The position numbers and the translations under genes are program-made. Positions 63,890-64,000 of a stretch of 64,000 nucleotides of DNA are shown in pieces. Position 1 is the stretch's first letter; each line of letters opens with the position of its first letter. The DNA is from Oopsacas minuta (lineage: Eukaryota; Animalia; Porifera), in contig JAKMXF010000308.1 in assembly GCA_024704765.1 (NCBI GenBank), positions 248,001 through 312,000 of the forward strand. The letters are read 5' to 3'. The notes beneath the pieces are model-generated. The model saw only the letters and a list, made by a program, of their open reading frames with translations. It was not told where the DNA came from and made no database searches.

Positions 63890-64000
63890 GTTGCTAGTAC
63901 TTTATTTATGATTTTTATGTTTATGTTTATTTTTGTTTTTTATTTTGTTTTTCTCAATTTCCTCGGTTACCTCACTATAATTATTATGTTTTAAGATGGT

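Noticed and set aside
1-64000. Minus-strand bias of genes and transposases
   Set aside because: There are too few independent items (several plus-strand elements exist) to claim significance.

Overview
AT-rich eukaryotic (metazoan) genomic DNA, dominated by transposable elements. It is not prokaryotic: I found no CRISPR array, rRNA or tRNA. Four host genes are recognisable, all on the minus strand: the 5' exons of MSH6 (running off the left edge), an intronless SoxB-like HMG gene, an intronless secreted ependymin-like protein, and an intronless NHR (Neuralized) + SOCS-box gene of NEURL2/Ozz architecture. Between them lies a diverse set of mobile elements, many with readable TIRs and target-site duplications. 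These include two full-length Buster-type hATs, a Hermes/hobo-like hAT nested in a ZMYM1-type hAT, a near-intact and a decayed FLYWCH-MULE, and a full-length THAP/P element with a 7-bp TSD plus a second P fragment. There are also a deleted DIRS retrotransposon (gag, RT, RNase H, Dam-like methylase, tyrosine recombinase), a LINE 3' end, a Tigger remnant, a possible KDZ/CxC remnant, non-autonomous Helitrons and many MITEs. The compact intron-poor genes and this TE mix would fit a non-bilaterian such as a glass sponge, but that is a guess. I see no clearly new multi-gene system. The most interesting leads are the ependymin-like and NHR-SOCS genes, the P element with non-canonical CG termini, a hAT sitting as cargo inside a Helitron 5' end, a near-perfect 62-nt hairpin, and several otherwise pristine genes or elements broken by single indels (possible assembly errors hiding active elements). 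All family calls come from motif recognition by eye; no database searches were run.
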